Origin: Actinomycetes bacterium
Lineage (GTDB): Bacteria; Actinomycetota; Thermoleophilia; Gaiellales; JALYLC01
Direction of reading: 5' to 3'
Assembly: GCA_031361905.1 (NCBI GenBank)
Contig: JANLRV010000121.1
Location: 9,545 to 73,544, forward strand
DNA: 64,000 nucleotides
The first letter of the stretch is position 1, and each line of letters opens with the position of its first letter. The notes under the pieces are model-generated. The model saw only the letters and a list, made by a program, of their open reading frames with translations, was not told where the DNA came from and ran no database searches. Positions 43,515 to 52,844 of the stretch are shown here, piece by piece. The position numbers were made by a program, and so were the translations under genes.

Positions 43515-45902
43515 CTAGTGAGAGCGCGCGTGCGTGCGCGCGAGCAGCGTCGCGGCGGCGGCGGCGATCGCGTCGGCGCTGATCTCATAGGCGTCGTAGA
43601 TCTCGGACAGCGCACCGGCCTGGCCGAAGCGGTCGACGCCGAGCGGCAGCTGGCGCGCTCCGATGGCCCCGCCGAGGAAGCCGAGGCTGTGCGACGCGCC
43701 ATCGATCACGCTGACGATCGGGGCTGCACGATCGGGCGCGAAGATCGCCTCGAGGTGCGACGTGCGCGGCAGGCCGAGCGGCTCCGTGATGCCGGCCCCC
43801 TCGCACGCGCGCCACTCGGAGAACAGCAGGTCGGGGGAGGTCAGACAGACCACGCTCGCGGCGATCCCCTCCTCGTCTGCGAGCAGCTCGGCTGCCCGCA
43901 CGGCCTCGGCGACGAGCGCGCCGCACGCGGCGATCGTGACGCGCGGGCGCGTCGCATCCGCGGCGGGCTCGTGCAGGCGGTAGCCGCCCCGCAGCACGTC
44001 GTCGCGCAGGTCGTCGCCGCGCAGCGCGTGAAGCTCGTCGAAGGCGGTCTGGTCCCTCGGCGCGGTCGAGAGCCGCAGGTAGAACGCACCCGGTGCGACG
44101 TCGCGCGCGATCCGCGCGACCATCTCGCGGAGCAGCCAGTCGACCTCGCGCACGAACGCCGGCTCGTAGCTCGTGAGGTTCGGCAGCTCCATCCCCAGGC
44201 TCGGCGTCACCGTCGACTGGTGCGCGCCACCCTCGCGGCAGAGCGTCACCCCCGACGGCGTGCCGGCGATGATGAACGACGACTCGGAGTAGAGCGAGTA
44301 GATCAGGGCGTCGAGGCCGCGGCAGACGAACGGGTCGTAGACCGTGCCGATCGGGATCAGGCGCTCGCCCGTCAGCTCGTCCGACAAGCCGAGCTGGCCC
44401 AGCAGCAGGAACAGGTTCATCTCGCTGATCCCGAGCTCGATGTGCTGGCCCTGACGGGAGACGCGCCAGGCGAGCCCGCCGCCGGCGTCGACGTCGGGCT
44501 CCTCGTCTGGGCCGAACACCCCGACGCGGTTGATGAAGCCGCCGAGGTTCGTGGACACGCTCACGTCCGGCGCCGTCGTCACGAGACGGTCGGCGATGTC
44601 CGAGTCGCGGGAGATCTCGACGAGCGCCCGTCCGAACCCCTCCTGCGTCGTCCGGCCGCCGAGCGGAGCAGCCGACGCCTGCGGCACGTGCGCCTCGCGC
44701 GGGCTGCGGACGCGCCGCTCGCGTGGACCGAGCCGCGCGGCGGTCTCGGCCGCGAGCAGGCCGCCCGGCGAGCCGGCCGCGAGCCGGTCCCACTCGCTGG
44801 CCTCGTCGAGGCCGCACTGCTCGCGCAGCGCGTCGATCTGCCGGCCCGAGAGCAGCGCCGAGTGGTTGAGCGGGTTGCCCGCGATCGGCAGCCCGTATCC
44901 CTTGATCGTGTACGCCAAAACGAGCGTCGGCCTGGTAGCGGTGCGAGTCGCCGCGAGCGCCGAGCAGAGATCGCCGAGGTCGTGCCCGCCGAGATCGCGG
45001 ATCAGCGCGCCGATCGCTCCCTCGTCCGGAGCGAGACAGCTCCGCAGGAGGCGGCGCTCGGCCGCATCGAGGCCCGCCTCGAGCGTCGCACGCACCGTCT
45101 CCTCATCCGCCGCGAAGAGCTGCTGGTAGACCTGGTTCGGCAGCTCGTCGATGCGGCGGCGCAGGATCTCCCCTCCCTCGCGCTCGAACGAGGCGCGCAG
45201 TCGCCTGCCGTACTTCAGCTCGACGATCTCCCAGCCCGCGGCCTCGAAGACGCGCGCGAGCTCGAGGGTGCGGATCATCGGCACGACGCGGTCGAGCGAC
45301 TGGCGGTTGAGATCGACGATCCAGACCGCCCGGTCGAGACCGCGCGTCGAGGCGTCCAGGATCGCCTCCCAGACGTTGCCCTCGTCGAGCTCGGCGTCGC
45401 CCAGCAGGGCGAAGTAGCGCCCGCGCTCGCCGCCGCCGAAGCGGTGCGCGACGAACCGCTGCGTGAGGGCGCCGAAGAGCGGCGCCGCGGCGCCGAGCCC
45501 GACCGACCCGGTCGAGTAGTCCACCGGGACGGGGTCCTTGGTGCGGCTGGGATACGGCTGCAGGCCGCCGAACCCGCGCAGGCGCCGCAGGTAGGAGCCG
45601 TCGAGCTGTCCGAGCAGGTACTCCGCGGCGTGCAGCACCGGCGAGGCGTGGGGCTTCACGGCGACGAGGTCGTCGCGTTGCAGCTCGCTGAACCAGAGCG
45701 CCGTCATGATCGAGACGATCGACGAGCTCGAGGCCTGGTGACCGCCGACCTTCATGCCGTCCTCGGACGGCGCATCGCGGTTCGCGTGATCGACCATGCG
45801 CACGGCCAGCCAGAGCAGGCGGCGCTCCACCTCGCCGAGAGCGGCGAGCGGGAAGCCTCCCTCGCTCAGAGGGACGACGGGATCGGCGGTGGGAGTCTCC
45901 AT
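43515..45902 (-). CDS. AceE-like thiamine-diphosphate enzyme (homodimeric 2-oxoacid dehydrogenase E1 / transketolase-like)
   Basis: About 795 aa. ..[37 protein letters not shown].. parallels the AceE N-terminal region, and [14 protein letters not shown] is the ThDP motif. Start is ATG 45902 or GTG 45920. Confidence 0.7.
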   Translation of the reverse strand: METPTADPVVPLSEGGFPLAALGEVERRLLWLAVRMVDHANRDAPSEDGMKVGGHQASSSSIVSIMTALWFSELQRDDLVAVKPHASPVLHAAEYLLGQLDGSYLRRLRGFGGLQPYPSRTKDPVPVDYSTGSVGLGAAAPLFGALTQRFVAHRFGGGERGRYFALLGDAELDEGNVWEAILDASTRGLDRAVWIVDLNRQSLDRVVPMIRTLELARVFEAAGWEIVELKYGRRLRASFEREGGEILRRRIDELPNQVYQQLFAADEETVRATLEAGLDAAERRLLRSCLAPDEGAIGALIRDLGGHDLGDLCSALAATRTATRPTLVLAYTIKGYGLPIAGNPLNHSALLSGRQIDALREQCGLDEASEWDRLAAGSPGGLLAAETAARLGPRERRVRSPREAHVPQASAAPLGGRTTQEGFGRALVEISRDSDIADRLVTTAPDVSVSTNLGGFINRVGVFGPDEEPDVDAGGGLAWRVSRQGQHIELGISEMNLFLLLGQLGLSDELTGERLIPIGTVYDPFVCRGLDALIYSLYSESSFIIAGTPSGVTLCREGGAHQSTVTPSLGMELPNLTSYEPAFVREVDWLLREMVARIARDVAPGAFYLRLSTAPRDQTAFDELHALRGDDLRDDVLRGGYRLHEPAADATRPRVTIAACGALVAEAVRAAELLADEEGIAASVVCLTSPDLLFSEWRACEGAGITEPLGLPRTSHLEAIFAPDRAAPIVSVIDGASHSLGFLGGAIGARQLPLGVDRFGQAGALSEIYDAYEISADAIAAAAATLLARTHARSH

Positions 45903-45966
45903 CTGCCGGCAACCTTGCACGATCCGGCCCTTCGCGTAAAGCGCGCAGACGATCTGAGGGTGACGA

Positions 45967-46788
45967 TCACTCGCCCGCGCGAGCGAGCGGCAGGCGCAAC
46001 GAGGCGCCCGTGACGAGCTTGACCGTGATCAGGATCGCGGCGCTGACGATCACGAGCAGCGCGCTGATCGCGAGCGTCAGGTTGAAGCTGACCTCGAAGC
46101 GCTGGTAGATCAGCAGCGAGAGCGTCTGGGTCACGCCCTGGAGGTTCCCGGCGAACATGATCGTCGCCCCGAACTCGCCCATGCCTCGCGCGAACGCGAG
46201 CGCCGCACCGGCCGCGAGCCCGGCGGATGAGAGCGGCACCGCGATGCTGAGCAACAGGCGGAGCGGCCCGGCTCCGTCGACGCGAGCGGCGTCGACAATG
46301 TCGCGGTCGAGCGTCTCGAACGAGGCGATCGCCTGGCGGAGGTAGAACGGCCCCGCGACGAAGCAGATCGCGAGCACGACGGCCGTCGTCGTGAAGACGA
46401 CGTCGATGCCGAGCGGATCGAGCACGCCCGCGAGCAGTCCGATCCGGCCGGCGAAGGCCGCGAGCAGGCCGATCCCGGCGACGGCCGGCGGCAGCACCAG
46501 CGGCAGCTCGATCAGCGTGATCACGGCCGCCCGGCCGCGAAAGCGCCTGGTCCCGATCAGGTAGGCGGCCGGCGTGCCCAGCAGGACGATCGCGGCCAGC
46601 GCCAGCGCGTTCGTCGTCGCCGTGAGCACGAGCGCGTCTCGCACCGCCGCGTCGTCGAGTTGGTCGACGAGCAGGTGGACGGGGACGCGCGCGAAGATCG
46701 CGATGATCGGCAGCACGAGGAAGCCGAGCACGACCGCGACGCAGAGGAACAGCGCGGCGGCGAACGCCGCGCCGCGCGCTCTGCTCAC
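45967..46788 (-). CDS. modB: molybdate ABC transporter permease
   Basis: ModB-like sequence with a typical C-terminal half (..ARGMGEFGATIMFAGNLQGVTQTLSLLIYQ..). I prefer GTG 46788, 5 nt after the modA stop, to the track start 46845. Confidence 0.85.
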   Translation of the reverse strand: MSRARGAAFAAALFLCVAVVLGFLVLPIIAIFARVPVHLLVDQLDDAAVRDALVLTATTNALALAAIVLLGTPAAYLIGTRRFRGRAAVITLIELPLVLPPAVAGIGLLAAFAGRIGLLAGVLDPLGIDVVFTTTAVVLAICFVAGPFYLRQAIASFETLDRDIVDAARVDGAGPLRLLLSIAVPLSSAGLAAGAALAFARGMGEFGATIMFAGNLQGVTQTLSLLIYQRFEVSFNLTLAISALLVIVSAAILITVKLVTGASLRLPLARAGE

Positions 46789-46792
46789 CGGC

Positions 46793-47593
46793 TCACTGCT
46801 TGCTCTTCTTCTTCGCAACGGGGAGCTTCGGGACACCGAAGCCATTGTTCACGAGCAGCTTGCGCCCTGCGGTGCTCGTGAGGCGCTTGATGAAGGCCGC
46901 GGCGGCAGCGCGGCTCTGCGTCGATCTGACGATCGCGATCTGGTAGCGCACGGGCGGCTGCGCCCAGGCCGGCAGCTTGATCAGGGTGACCTGTGCCGCG
47001 ACCGGTCGCGCATCGGTCACGTACATGAAGCCGGCATCCGCGGTCCCCAGCGCGACCTTGGCGGCGATCGACTTGACGTCCTTCTCCTGGCTGACGACGT
47101 TCGCGAGCGCGGAGCTCGTCAGGCCGAGGTTCCCGAGCACCTGTCGCGTGTAGACGCCGATCGGCACCGTCGGCGTGCCGATCACGAGCTTGATGCCCGC
47201 TCGCCTGAGGTCGTAGACGCTCGTGATCCCTGCGGGGTTGGCCGTGGGAACGGCGAGCACCAGCCTGTTCGTCGCGAACGTGACCGGCCGCTCGACGAGC
47301 CCCTCGTTGAAGAGCGCCTGCGGAGCGGCGGTGCTCGCCGCCGCGAAGATGTCGGCGGGCGCGCCAAGCCAGATCTGTGCCGCGAGCGTGTCACTGCCGG
47401 CGAAGTTGTACCTCTGCCCGCCGTCGAACACCGGGAACGCCTCGGTCAGCGACGCGGCCGCGAAGACCGAGAGCTGCGTGTCTGACCGTCGCTCGGGCCG
47501 CGCCGAGGCGTTCGCGCTCAGCAAGGCGAGCAGCGCGAGCGCCACGGCGACGACGAGGCCGGGCCGGAGATATCTGAATGCATAGGTTTTCAT
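46793..47593 (-). CDS. modA: molybdate ABC transporter substrate-binding protein
   Basis: 266 aa with a signal peptide and a ModA-like body (..VFAAASLTEAF.. and ..YPIA-type region VRYQIAIV..). Confidence 0.85.
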   Translation of the reverse strand: MKTYAFRYLRPGLVVAVALALLALLSANASARPERRSDTQLSVFAAASLTEAFPVFDGGQRYNFAGSDTLAAQIWLGAPADIFAAASTAAPQALFNEGLVERPVTFATNRLVLAVPTANPAGITSVYDLRRAGIKLVIGTPTVPIGVYTRQVLGNLGLTSSALANVVSQEKDVKSIAAKVALGTADAGFMYVTDARPVAAQVTLIKLPAWAQPPVRYQIAIVRSTQSRAAAAAFIKRLTSTAGRKLLVNNGFGVPKLPVAKKKSKQ

Positions 47594-47599
47594 CGGGCC

Positions 47600-48181
47600 C
47601 TAGGAGAGAAACTGTCCAAGCTGGTTCGAGGCGTCCTCGAGGCTGATCGGCCGCGCCAGACCGCTCGGGATCGGCGAGCGTCCGGCGAGCGCGCTGAGCG
47701 CCGAGACGTGCTGGGCGTCGCTTGCCGCGACACGCGTGAGAGACTCGCCGACGCCGACGTCCTGCGTCGTCGAGGCCGCGGCGATCGCGATGCCGAGCAG
47801 CAGGCTCTCGAGCGACAGAGAGAACGCCGTGGCCGTCTCGGACGAGCGGAGCGCGCCCGCGGGGAGCGTGTAGTCGAAGTCGTCATCGGACGGCGCGGTC
47901 CCGTTCAGGAGCGGCGCGAGGAGCGCGTAGTGCGCCTGCTCCTGCTTGCGCAGCTCGAGCACGAGCGTTCGCGTGCCAGCGTCTGGTCGAGCGGCGGTGC
48001 CGGCATTCAGCCAGCGCGTGTACCACGTGATCGCGAGGCGCTTGCCCGAGCAGACGAGCCGGACGTTTGCCAGGTCGAGCTCGGCTGCGGCCGCCGGCTG
48101 AGCGGCGATTCCGGCCAGGGCCACGACCCCGGCTGCCACCCCTGTAGGCGCGAGCAGCGCGCGCCGATCCATCACGTGCAT
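47600..48181 (-). CDS. ferritin-like domain protein with twin-arginine (Tat) signal
   Basis: ATG 48181 after GGAGG. MHVMDRRALLAPTGVAAGVVALAG (RR motif). ..LRKQEQAHYALLAPLL.. is typical of Ferritin_2-like proteins. Confidence 0.7.
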   Translation of the reverse strand: MHVMDRRALLAPTGVAAGVVALAGIAAQPAAAAELDLANVRLVCSGKRLAITWYTRWLNAGTAARPDAGTRTLVLELRKQEQAHYALLAPLLNGTAPSDDDFDYTLPAGALRSSETATAFSLSLESLLLGIAIAAASTTQDVGVGESLTRVAASDAQHVSALSALAGRSPIPSGLARPISLEDASNQLGQFLS

Positions 48182-48196
48182 CGAGCCTCCAACGCA

Positions 48197-48213
48197 TATG
48201 TATTGCCTATGTA
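48197..48213. promoter_or_regulatory. direct repeat TATGTA-N5-TATGTA in an AT-rich divergent promoter (candidate ModE-type operator)
   Basis: cgcaTATGTAttgccTATGTAattg lies between the ferritin-like/modAB operon and the HTH-TOBE regulator gene. It resembles the TATAT/TAYAT half-sites of ModE operators. Confidence 0.4.
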
Positions 48214-48274
48214 ATTGTTGGAAGATAGCACAGCCCAACGACACGGCGACGGGACGGTAGGCTTGTCCCCAGCG

Positions 48275-48703
48275 ATGCCACCACCACCCGATAGCGCCGA
48301 CTCCGAGGCGAGGGAGGTCGGCTCGACCCGCCTGCGCATCGGCGCTGCCGCAGCAAGCCTCGGCGTCAGCGTCGACACGCTCCGACGCTGGGAGAAGGAC
48401 GGCCGGATCCAGTTCGAGCGCGTCGGCGGCCAGCGTGTGATCGCCTCCAGCGAGATCGATCGGCTGCTTCGCGAACGACCAGCTCACGCACGCGTCTCGA
48501 GCGCGCGCAACCGGCTCGACGGCACCGTCGTCGCGATCAAGCGGGGTCGCGTGATGAGCCAGGTCGAGCTCGCCTGCGGGCCCTTCCGCGTGGTCTCGCT
48601 GATGTCGACCGACTCCGTCGCCGAGCTCGGGCTCGTGCCGGGAATGGCCGCCACGGCGGTGGTCAAGGCGACGACCGTGATCGTCGAGCGCGACGCTCCG
48701 TGA
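48275..48703 (+). CDS. MerR/excisionase-type HTH + TOBE (molybdate-binding) domain regulator, ModE-like
   Basis: HTH LRIGAAAASLGVSVDTLRRWEKDGRI. TOBE ARNRLDGTVVAIKRGRVMSQVELACGPFRVVSLMSTDSVAELGLVPGMAATAVVKATTVIVE. Start uncertain (ATG 48275, or the track start at 48215). Confidence 0.75.
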   Translation: MPPPPDSADSEAREVGSTRLRIGAAAASLGVSVDTLRRWEKDGRIQFERVGGQRVIASSEIDRLLRERPAHARVSSARNRLDGTVVAIKRGRVMSQVELACGPFRVVSLMSTDSVAELGLVPGMAATAVVKATTVIVERDAP

Positions 48704-48737
48704 ACCCGCGCGCGCTGCACGACCTCGAGCTCCGGGG

Positions 48738-50714
48738 CTACGCCGCCGCGCGCGCCTGCCGGGCGGCGTAGCCGAGCGCGCCGAGGAGCGCCTCGACGAC
48801 GATCGGGTCGAAGTGCGTTCCCGCGCTCCGGCGCAGCTCGACCGCCGCTGCCTCGTGGCTGCGGGCGGCGGCGTAGACGCGATCGACGGTCATCGTGGCG
48901 AAGGCATCGGCGACGGCGACGATGCGCGCGTCGAGCGGGATCGCCGACCCGACGAGCCCGTCCGGATAGCCGCCGCCGCCGAACAGCTCATGGTGATGCC
49001 GGACCGCCGTCGCGGCCTCGCTGAGCATGGGAATGCGCCGCACGATCTCCTCGCCGACCACGGGGTGCGTGCGCATGATCGCCCACTGCGCATCGTCCAG
49101 CGGACCGGGAAGCGTCAGCACGTCGTCGGGGATCGCGATCTTGCCGACGTCGTGCAGCCAGCCCGCGAGCGTGCAGCGGAAGGCGACGGACGCCGAGAGC
49201 GCGAGCTGTGACGCCGTCAGCCCCGCGAGGCTCGCCACGCACTCGGCGTGCGCCTCGAGGGTGCCCTCCCGTGCGCTCGCAGCAAAGACGAGAGCGCGTG
49301 CGATCGAGAGCGCCTCGGGCTCGCTCGCAGGCGCCTGGTCGAGCTCGATGTCGGAGAGCAGGCGCACGCGATTGCGTCCGCTGCGCTTGGCTGCGTAGAG
49401 GCAGCGGTCGACCGCCTCCATCAGCGAGTCGAGCGTCGCGAGCTGCGCGCTCGCCCGCACGGCGCCGATCGAGATCGTCAGCTTGAGCGTGACGCCACCG
49501 GCCGAGATCGGGGTCTCGGCGACCGCGCTCTGCAGGGCGCCGGCGCGCGCCGCGAGCGCCTCCTCCGAGCCGACCTCGCGAAGCAGCACGCCGAACTCCT
49601 CGCCGCCCCAGCGGGCGAGGCAGTCGCCGGGCTCCAGGGAGGTCTCGACGAGACGTGCGAGCGCGACGAGCACGGCATCGCCGGCGAGGTGGCCGTAGAC
49701 GTCGTTGACGTGCTTGAAGTGGTCGACATCGAGCAGCAGCAGGCCGCAGCTGTCGTCGCCTCGCGCGAGCGCATCTGCAACGCGCTCGGCGAAGTACCGG
49801 CGGTTGAGCGCGCCCGTCAGGTCATCGGTGCGGGCGCGCAGCTCGGCCTCGGAGTGGGCGCGCTCCAGCTCGGCGTGGGCCTCGCGCATCGCGTCGAGCA
49901 GGCGCCTGCGCTCGGTCACATCGGAGACGATGCCGCTGACCTCGACGACGCCGTCCTGCCGCAGGCGCGTCGCGGCCCGGTCGTGCACCCAGCGGGTCAC
50001 CCCGTCGGCGCCGATCAGCCGGTACTCGACGTCGGCGTCACGACCCGCGCCAAGCTCGGCGTTGAACCCGTCGTAGACCTCGCGGTCCTCGGGATGCACC
50101 GCGGCGTCCCAGTTCTGCATCTCCGGATCGGGAAGCGCGCCGCCCAGCAGGCGATCGGCGCCTGGCCCCTGGAAGAGCTCCTCGAGGGTTCCGTCGGGCA
50201 GCGCCAGCGCGAGGTACACGTGCGCGCCGACGACGTCGAGAAGCCGGGTGAAACGGTCGCTCGCCTCGTCGAGCCGCACGGCCGTGGCCTCGCGCAGCGT
50301 CATGTCGGAGACGACCCCGCCGACCGCCACCCCGCCGCTCGGCTGGGAGCGAGCGCGGGCGCGATCCCAGAGCACGCGGGTGACCCCGTCGAGCCCGATC
50401 AGCCGATAGCTGCCCTCGGCCTCCTCGCCACGACAGAGCTGCGCGAAGAAGGTCGCGTACGCCTCGGCATCCGCGGGATGCACCCGCGAGCGCCAGAGGT
50501 CGCCCGGGTCGGTGCCCGAGGGCACCGCACCGCCGAGCAATCGCTCGAGCTTCGGACCGGAGAAGACCGCGCGCGCACGCCCGTCCGGTCCGATCTCGAG
50601 GCGGTACACGTGCTCCTCGAACAGGTCGAGGACGCCCTCGAGTAAGTCGGGCTGGAGCGGAGCGGACGGAACGGCTCCGTCTGCTCCTGGCGGCTGGGGG
50701 GTTCTCTCGGACAC
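48738..50714 (-). CDS. PAS-PAS-GGDEF-HD-GYP multidomain c-di-GMP turnover protein
   Basis: 658 aa. Two PAS-like repeats, then LTGALNRRYF..RWGGEEFGVLL (GGDEF), then HDVGKIAIPD..HHELFGGGGYPDGL (HD-GYP). Confidence 0.9.
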   Translation of the reverse strand: MSERTPQPPGADGAVPSAPLQPDLLEGVLDLFEEHVYRLEIGPDGRARAVFSGPKLERLLGGAVPSGTDPGDLWRSRVHPADAEAYATFFAQLCRGEEAEGSYRLIGLDGVTRVLWDRARARSQPSGGVAVGGVVSDMTLREATAVRLDEASDRFTRLLDVVGAHVYLALALPDGTLEELFQGPGADRLLGGALPDPEMQNWDAAVHPEDREVYDGFNAELGAGRDADVEYRLIGADGVTRWVHDRAATRLRQDGVVEVSGIVSDVTERRRLLDAMREAHAELERAHSEAELRARTDDLTGALNRRYFAERVADALARGDDSCGLLLLDVDHFKHVNDVYGHLAGDAVLVALARLVETSLEPGDCLARWGGEEFGVLLREVGSEEALAARAGALQSAVAETPISAGGVTLKLTISIGAVRASAQLATLDSLMEAVDRCLYAAKRSGRNRVRLLSDIELDQAPASEPEALSIARALVFAASAREGTLEAHAECVASLAGLTASQLALSASVAFRCTLAGWLHDVGKIAIPDDVLTLPGPLDDAQWAIMRTHPVVGEEIVRRIPMLSEAATAVRHHHELFGGGGYPDGLVGSAIPLDARIVAVADAFATMTVDRVYAAARSHEAAAVELRRSAGTHFDPIVVEALLGALGYAARQARAAA

Positions 50715-50840
50715 GCGCTACGCGCGGTTATCGGCAGATCCCGGCGTTCGCTTGATGCGATTGACGCGAACCGCTACGAACGTCGAGCGAGGCCGGGCAC
50801 GCGCCGCGCACGCCCAGGTCGCCTCTGACAAGCTCCGGAG

Positions 50841-52430
50841 ATGACGTTCACGCACGCCGACGAGGTCGTTCTGCTCGCCATGCTGCTCGGCGTCGCAGCG
50901 CTCTTGACGCTCGCCCCGATCGCGCGCGTGCCCTACCCGATCCTGCTCGTGCTCGGCGGCCTCGCGTTCGGCGTGGTCCCCGGCATGCCCCGGCTCGAGC
51001 TGCCGCCCGACCTCGTGCTGATCGCCGTCCTGCCGCCGCTCCTCTACGGCGCGGCGTTCTTCACATCGCTGCGCGAGTTGCGCCGCAACCTCCGGCCGGT
51101 CGCGCTGCTCTCGATCGGGCTCGTGCTGGCGACGACGGTCGCCGTTGCGGTGGCCGCGCACGTGGGCGTCGGCTTGCCCTGGGCGAGCGCGTTCGTGCTC
51201 GGCGCCGTGGTCTCACCGACCGACCCGATCGCGGCGAGCGAGATCGCACGCCGCTACGGCATCCCGCGCCGCGTGATCGCCGTGATCGAGGGCGAGAGCC
51301 TGCTCAACGACGGGACCGGCCTCGTCGCCTATCGCGTCGCCGTCGCCGCGGTCGTCGCGGGAACGTTCTCGCCGGCCGCGGCCGGCGGCCGCTTCGTGCT
51401 GACCGTGCTCGGCGGCATCGCGATCGGTCTCGCGGTCGGCCACGTCGTGCGCCTCGTGCGCCGGCGCCTCGACGACCCGCCGACGGAGATCACGATCTCG
51501 CTGCTGACGGGCTACTTCGCCTACCTGCCCGCGGAGGCGCTCGGCGTCTCGGCCGTGCTCGCGGCCGTGACCGCCGGCATCTATCTGGGCTGGCACGCCC
51601 CCGAGCTGACGACGGTGCAGCAGCGCCTGCAGGGGACGGCCGTCTGGGAGATCGCGACCTTCATCCTCAACGCCCTCCTGTTCACGCTGATCGGCCTCCA
51701 GCTGCCGACGATCCTCGACTCGCTCTCCAACCGATCCGCGCTCGGCCTGACCGGTGACGCGGCTCTCGTCGCGGCCGCGGTGATCGCAATCCGCTTCGTC
51801 TGGATCTTCCCCGCGACGTACGTGCCGCGCGCGCTCAGCGCGCGCATCCGCGAGCGCGACCCGGCCCCGCCCTGGCAGCAGCCCGCCCTGCTCGCGTGGT
51901 GCGGCATGCGCGGAGCCGTCTCGCTCGCCGCGGCCCTCGCGGTGCCGCTCGCGACCTCGGACGGCGCGCCGTTTCCGGGCCGGGACCTGATCGTCTTCCT
52001 GACCTTCGGGGTGATCCTCGCCACGCTCGTCGGGCAGGGCCTCACGCTGCCCGCCGTGATCGGCCTGCTGGGCCTGCGCGACGACGGCGCCGGCGACCGC
52101 CAGGAGGCCGATGCGCGCATCCACGCGGCCGAGGCCGCGCTCGCCCGGCTCGCGGAGCTGCGCACCGAGGAGTGGGTGCGCGAGGAGACGGCCAGCAGGC
52201 TGCACGGTGCCTACCGATTCCGGGTCGACCGCTTCCGATCACGGCTGGACGACGGCGATTCGAGCGCGATCGAGGAGCGCTCGGCCGCCTTCCAGCGCCT
52301 CCGCCGGGAGCTGCTCGAGGCCGAGCGAGCGGCGATCATCGCGCTGCGCTCGGCCGGCCACATCGACGACGACATCATGCACCGCGTGGAGCGCGACCTC
52401 GATCTCGAGGACGCCCGGCTCGACCTCTGA
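50841..52430 (+). CDS. Na+/H+ antiporter (CPA1, NhaP type)
   Basis: 529 aa. About 11-12 TM segments plus a cytoplasmic tail. ..GESLLNDGTGLV.. is the CPA1 signature. Confidence 0.9.
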   Translation: MTFTHADEVVLLAMLLGVAALLTLAPIARVPYPILLVLGGLAFGVVPGMPRLELPPDLVLIAVLPPLLYGAAFFTSLRELRRNLRPVALLSIGLVLATTVAVAVAAHVGVGLPWASAFVLGAVVSPTDPIAASEIARRYGIPRRVIAVIEGESLLNDGTGLVAYRVAVAAVVAGTFSPAAAGGRFVLTVLGGIAIGLAVGHVVRLVRRRLDDPPTEITISLLTGYFAYLPAEALGVSAVLAAVTAGIYLGWHAPELTTVQQRLQGTAVWEIATFILNALLFTLIGLQLPTILDSLSNRSALGLTGDAALVAAAVIAIRFVWIFPATYVPRALSARIRERDPAPPWQQPALLAWCGMRGAVSLAAALAVPLATSDGAPFPGRDLIVFLTFGVILATLVGQGLTLPAVIGLLGLRDDGAGDRQEADARIHAAEAALARLAELRTEEWVREETASRLHGAYRFRVDRFRSRLDDGDSSAIEERSAAFQRLRRELLEAERAAIIALRSAGHIDDDIMHRVERDLDLEDARLDL

Positions 52431-52466
52431 CGGAGGCCTATACTCGGCTGAACTCGAAAGGGCGCA

Positions 52467-52841
52467 ATGCAGCACTGGGATCTCTCCCCCGCCATCCAGC
52501 CGAGCGGTCAGGACGGCCCGTTCGTGCTGTTCTCGACGCCGGAGGCGCGAGGGATCGTGATCGCGCTCGCGCGCGGCAGGCAGCTCGGCGAGCACCAGGT
52601 GCGCGAGCGGGCGATCGTCTGCGTGCTCGACGGCAGCGTCGAGCTGCGCGCGGGAGCGACGACGCTCGCCGGGAAGAGCGGGACGATCACGACCTTCGAT
52701 CCGAGCGAGGCGCACTCGGTGCGAGCGCTCGAGGACAGCCGCCTGCTCGTCGTGCTCGCGCCGTGGCCGGCGCCCGGTCACGCGCTCGAGAGCGACGACG
52801 CGACGGCGATGCCCGCGAACGCGACCTGGCCTCAGAGCTGA
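52467..52841 (+). CDS. cupin domain protein
   Basis: 124 aa. ..GEHQVRERAIVCVLDGSVEL..FDPSEAHSVRA.. fits the two cupin motifs. Confidence 0.7.
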   Translation: MQHWDLSPAIQPSGQDGPFVLFSTPEARGIVIALARGRQLGEHQVRERAIVCVLDGSVELRAGATTLAGKSGTITTFDPSEAHSVRALEDSRLLVVLAPWPAPGHALESDDATAMPANATWPQS

Positions 52842-52844
52842 CGG

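Noticed and set aside
43499-43518. 10-bp tandem duplication CGTGTTCTAG x2 overlapping the E1 stop codon.
   Set aside because: The duplication is real, but either copy would supply the same TAG in the same position relative to the coding sequence. It looks like a trivial slippage event with no obvious consequence.
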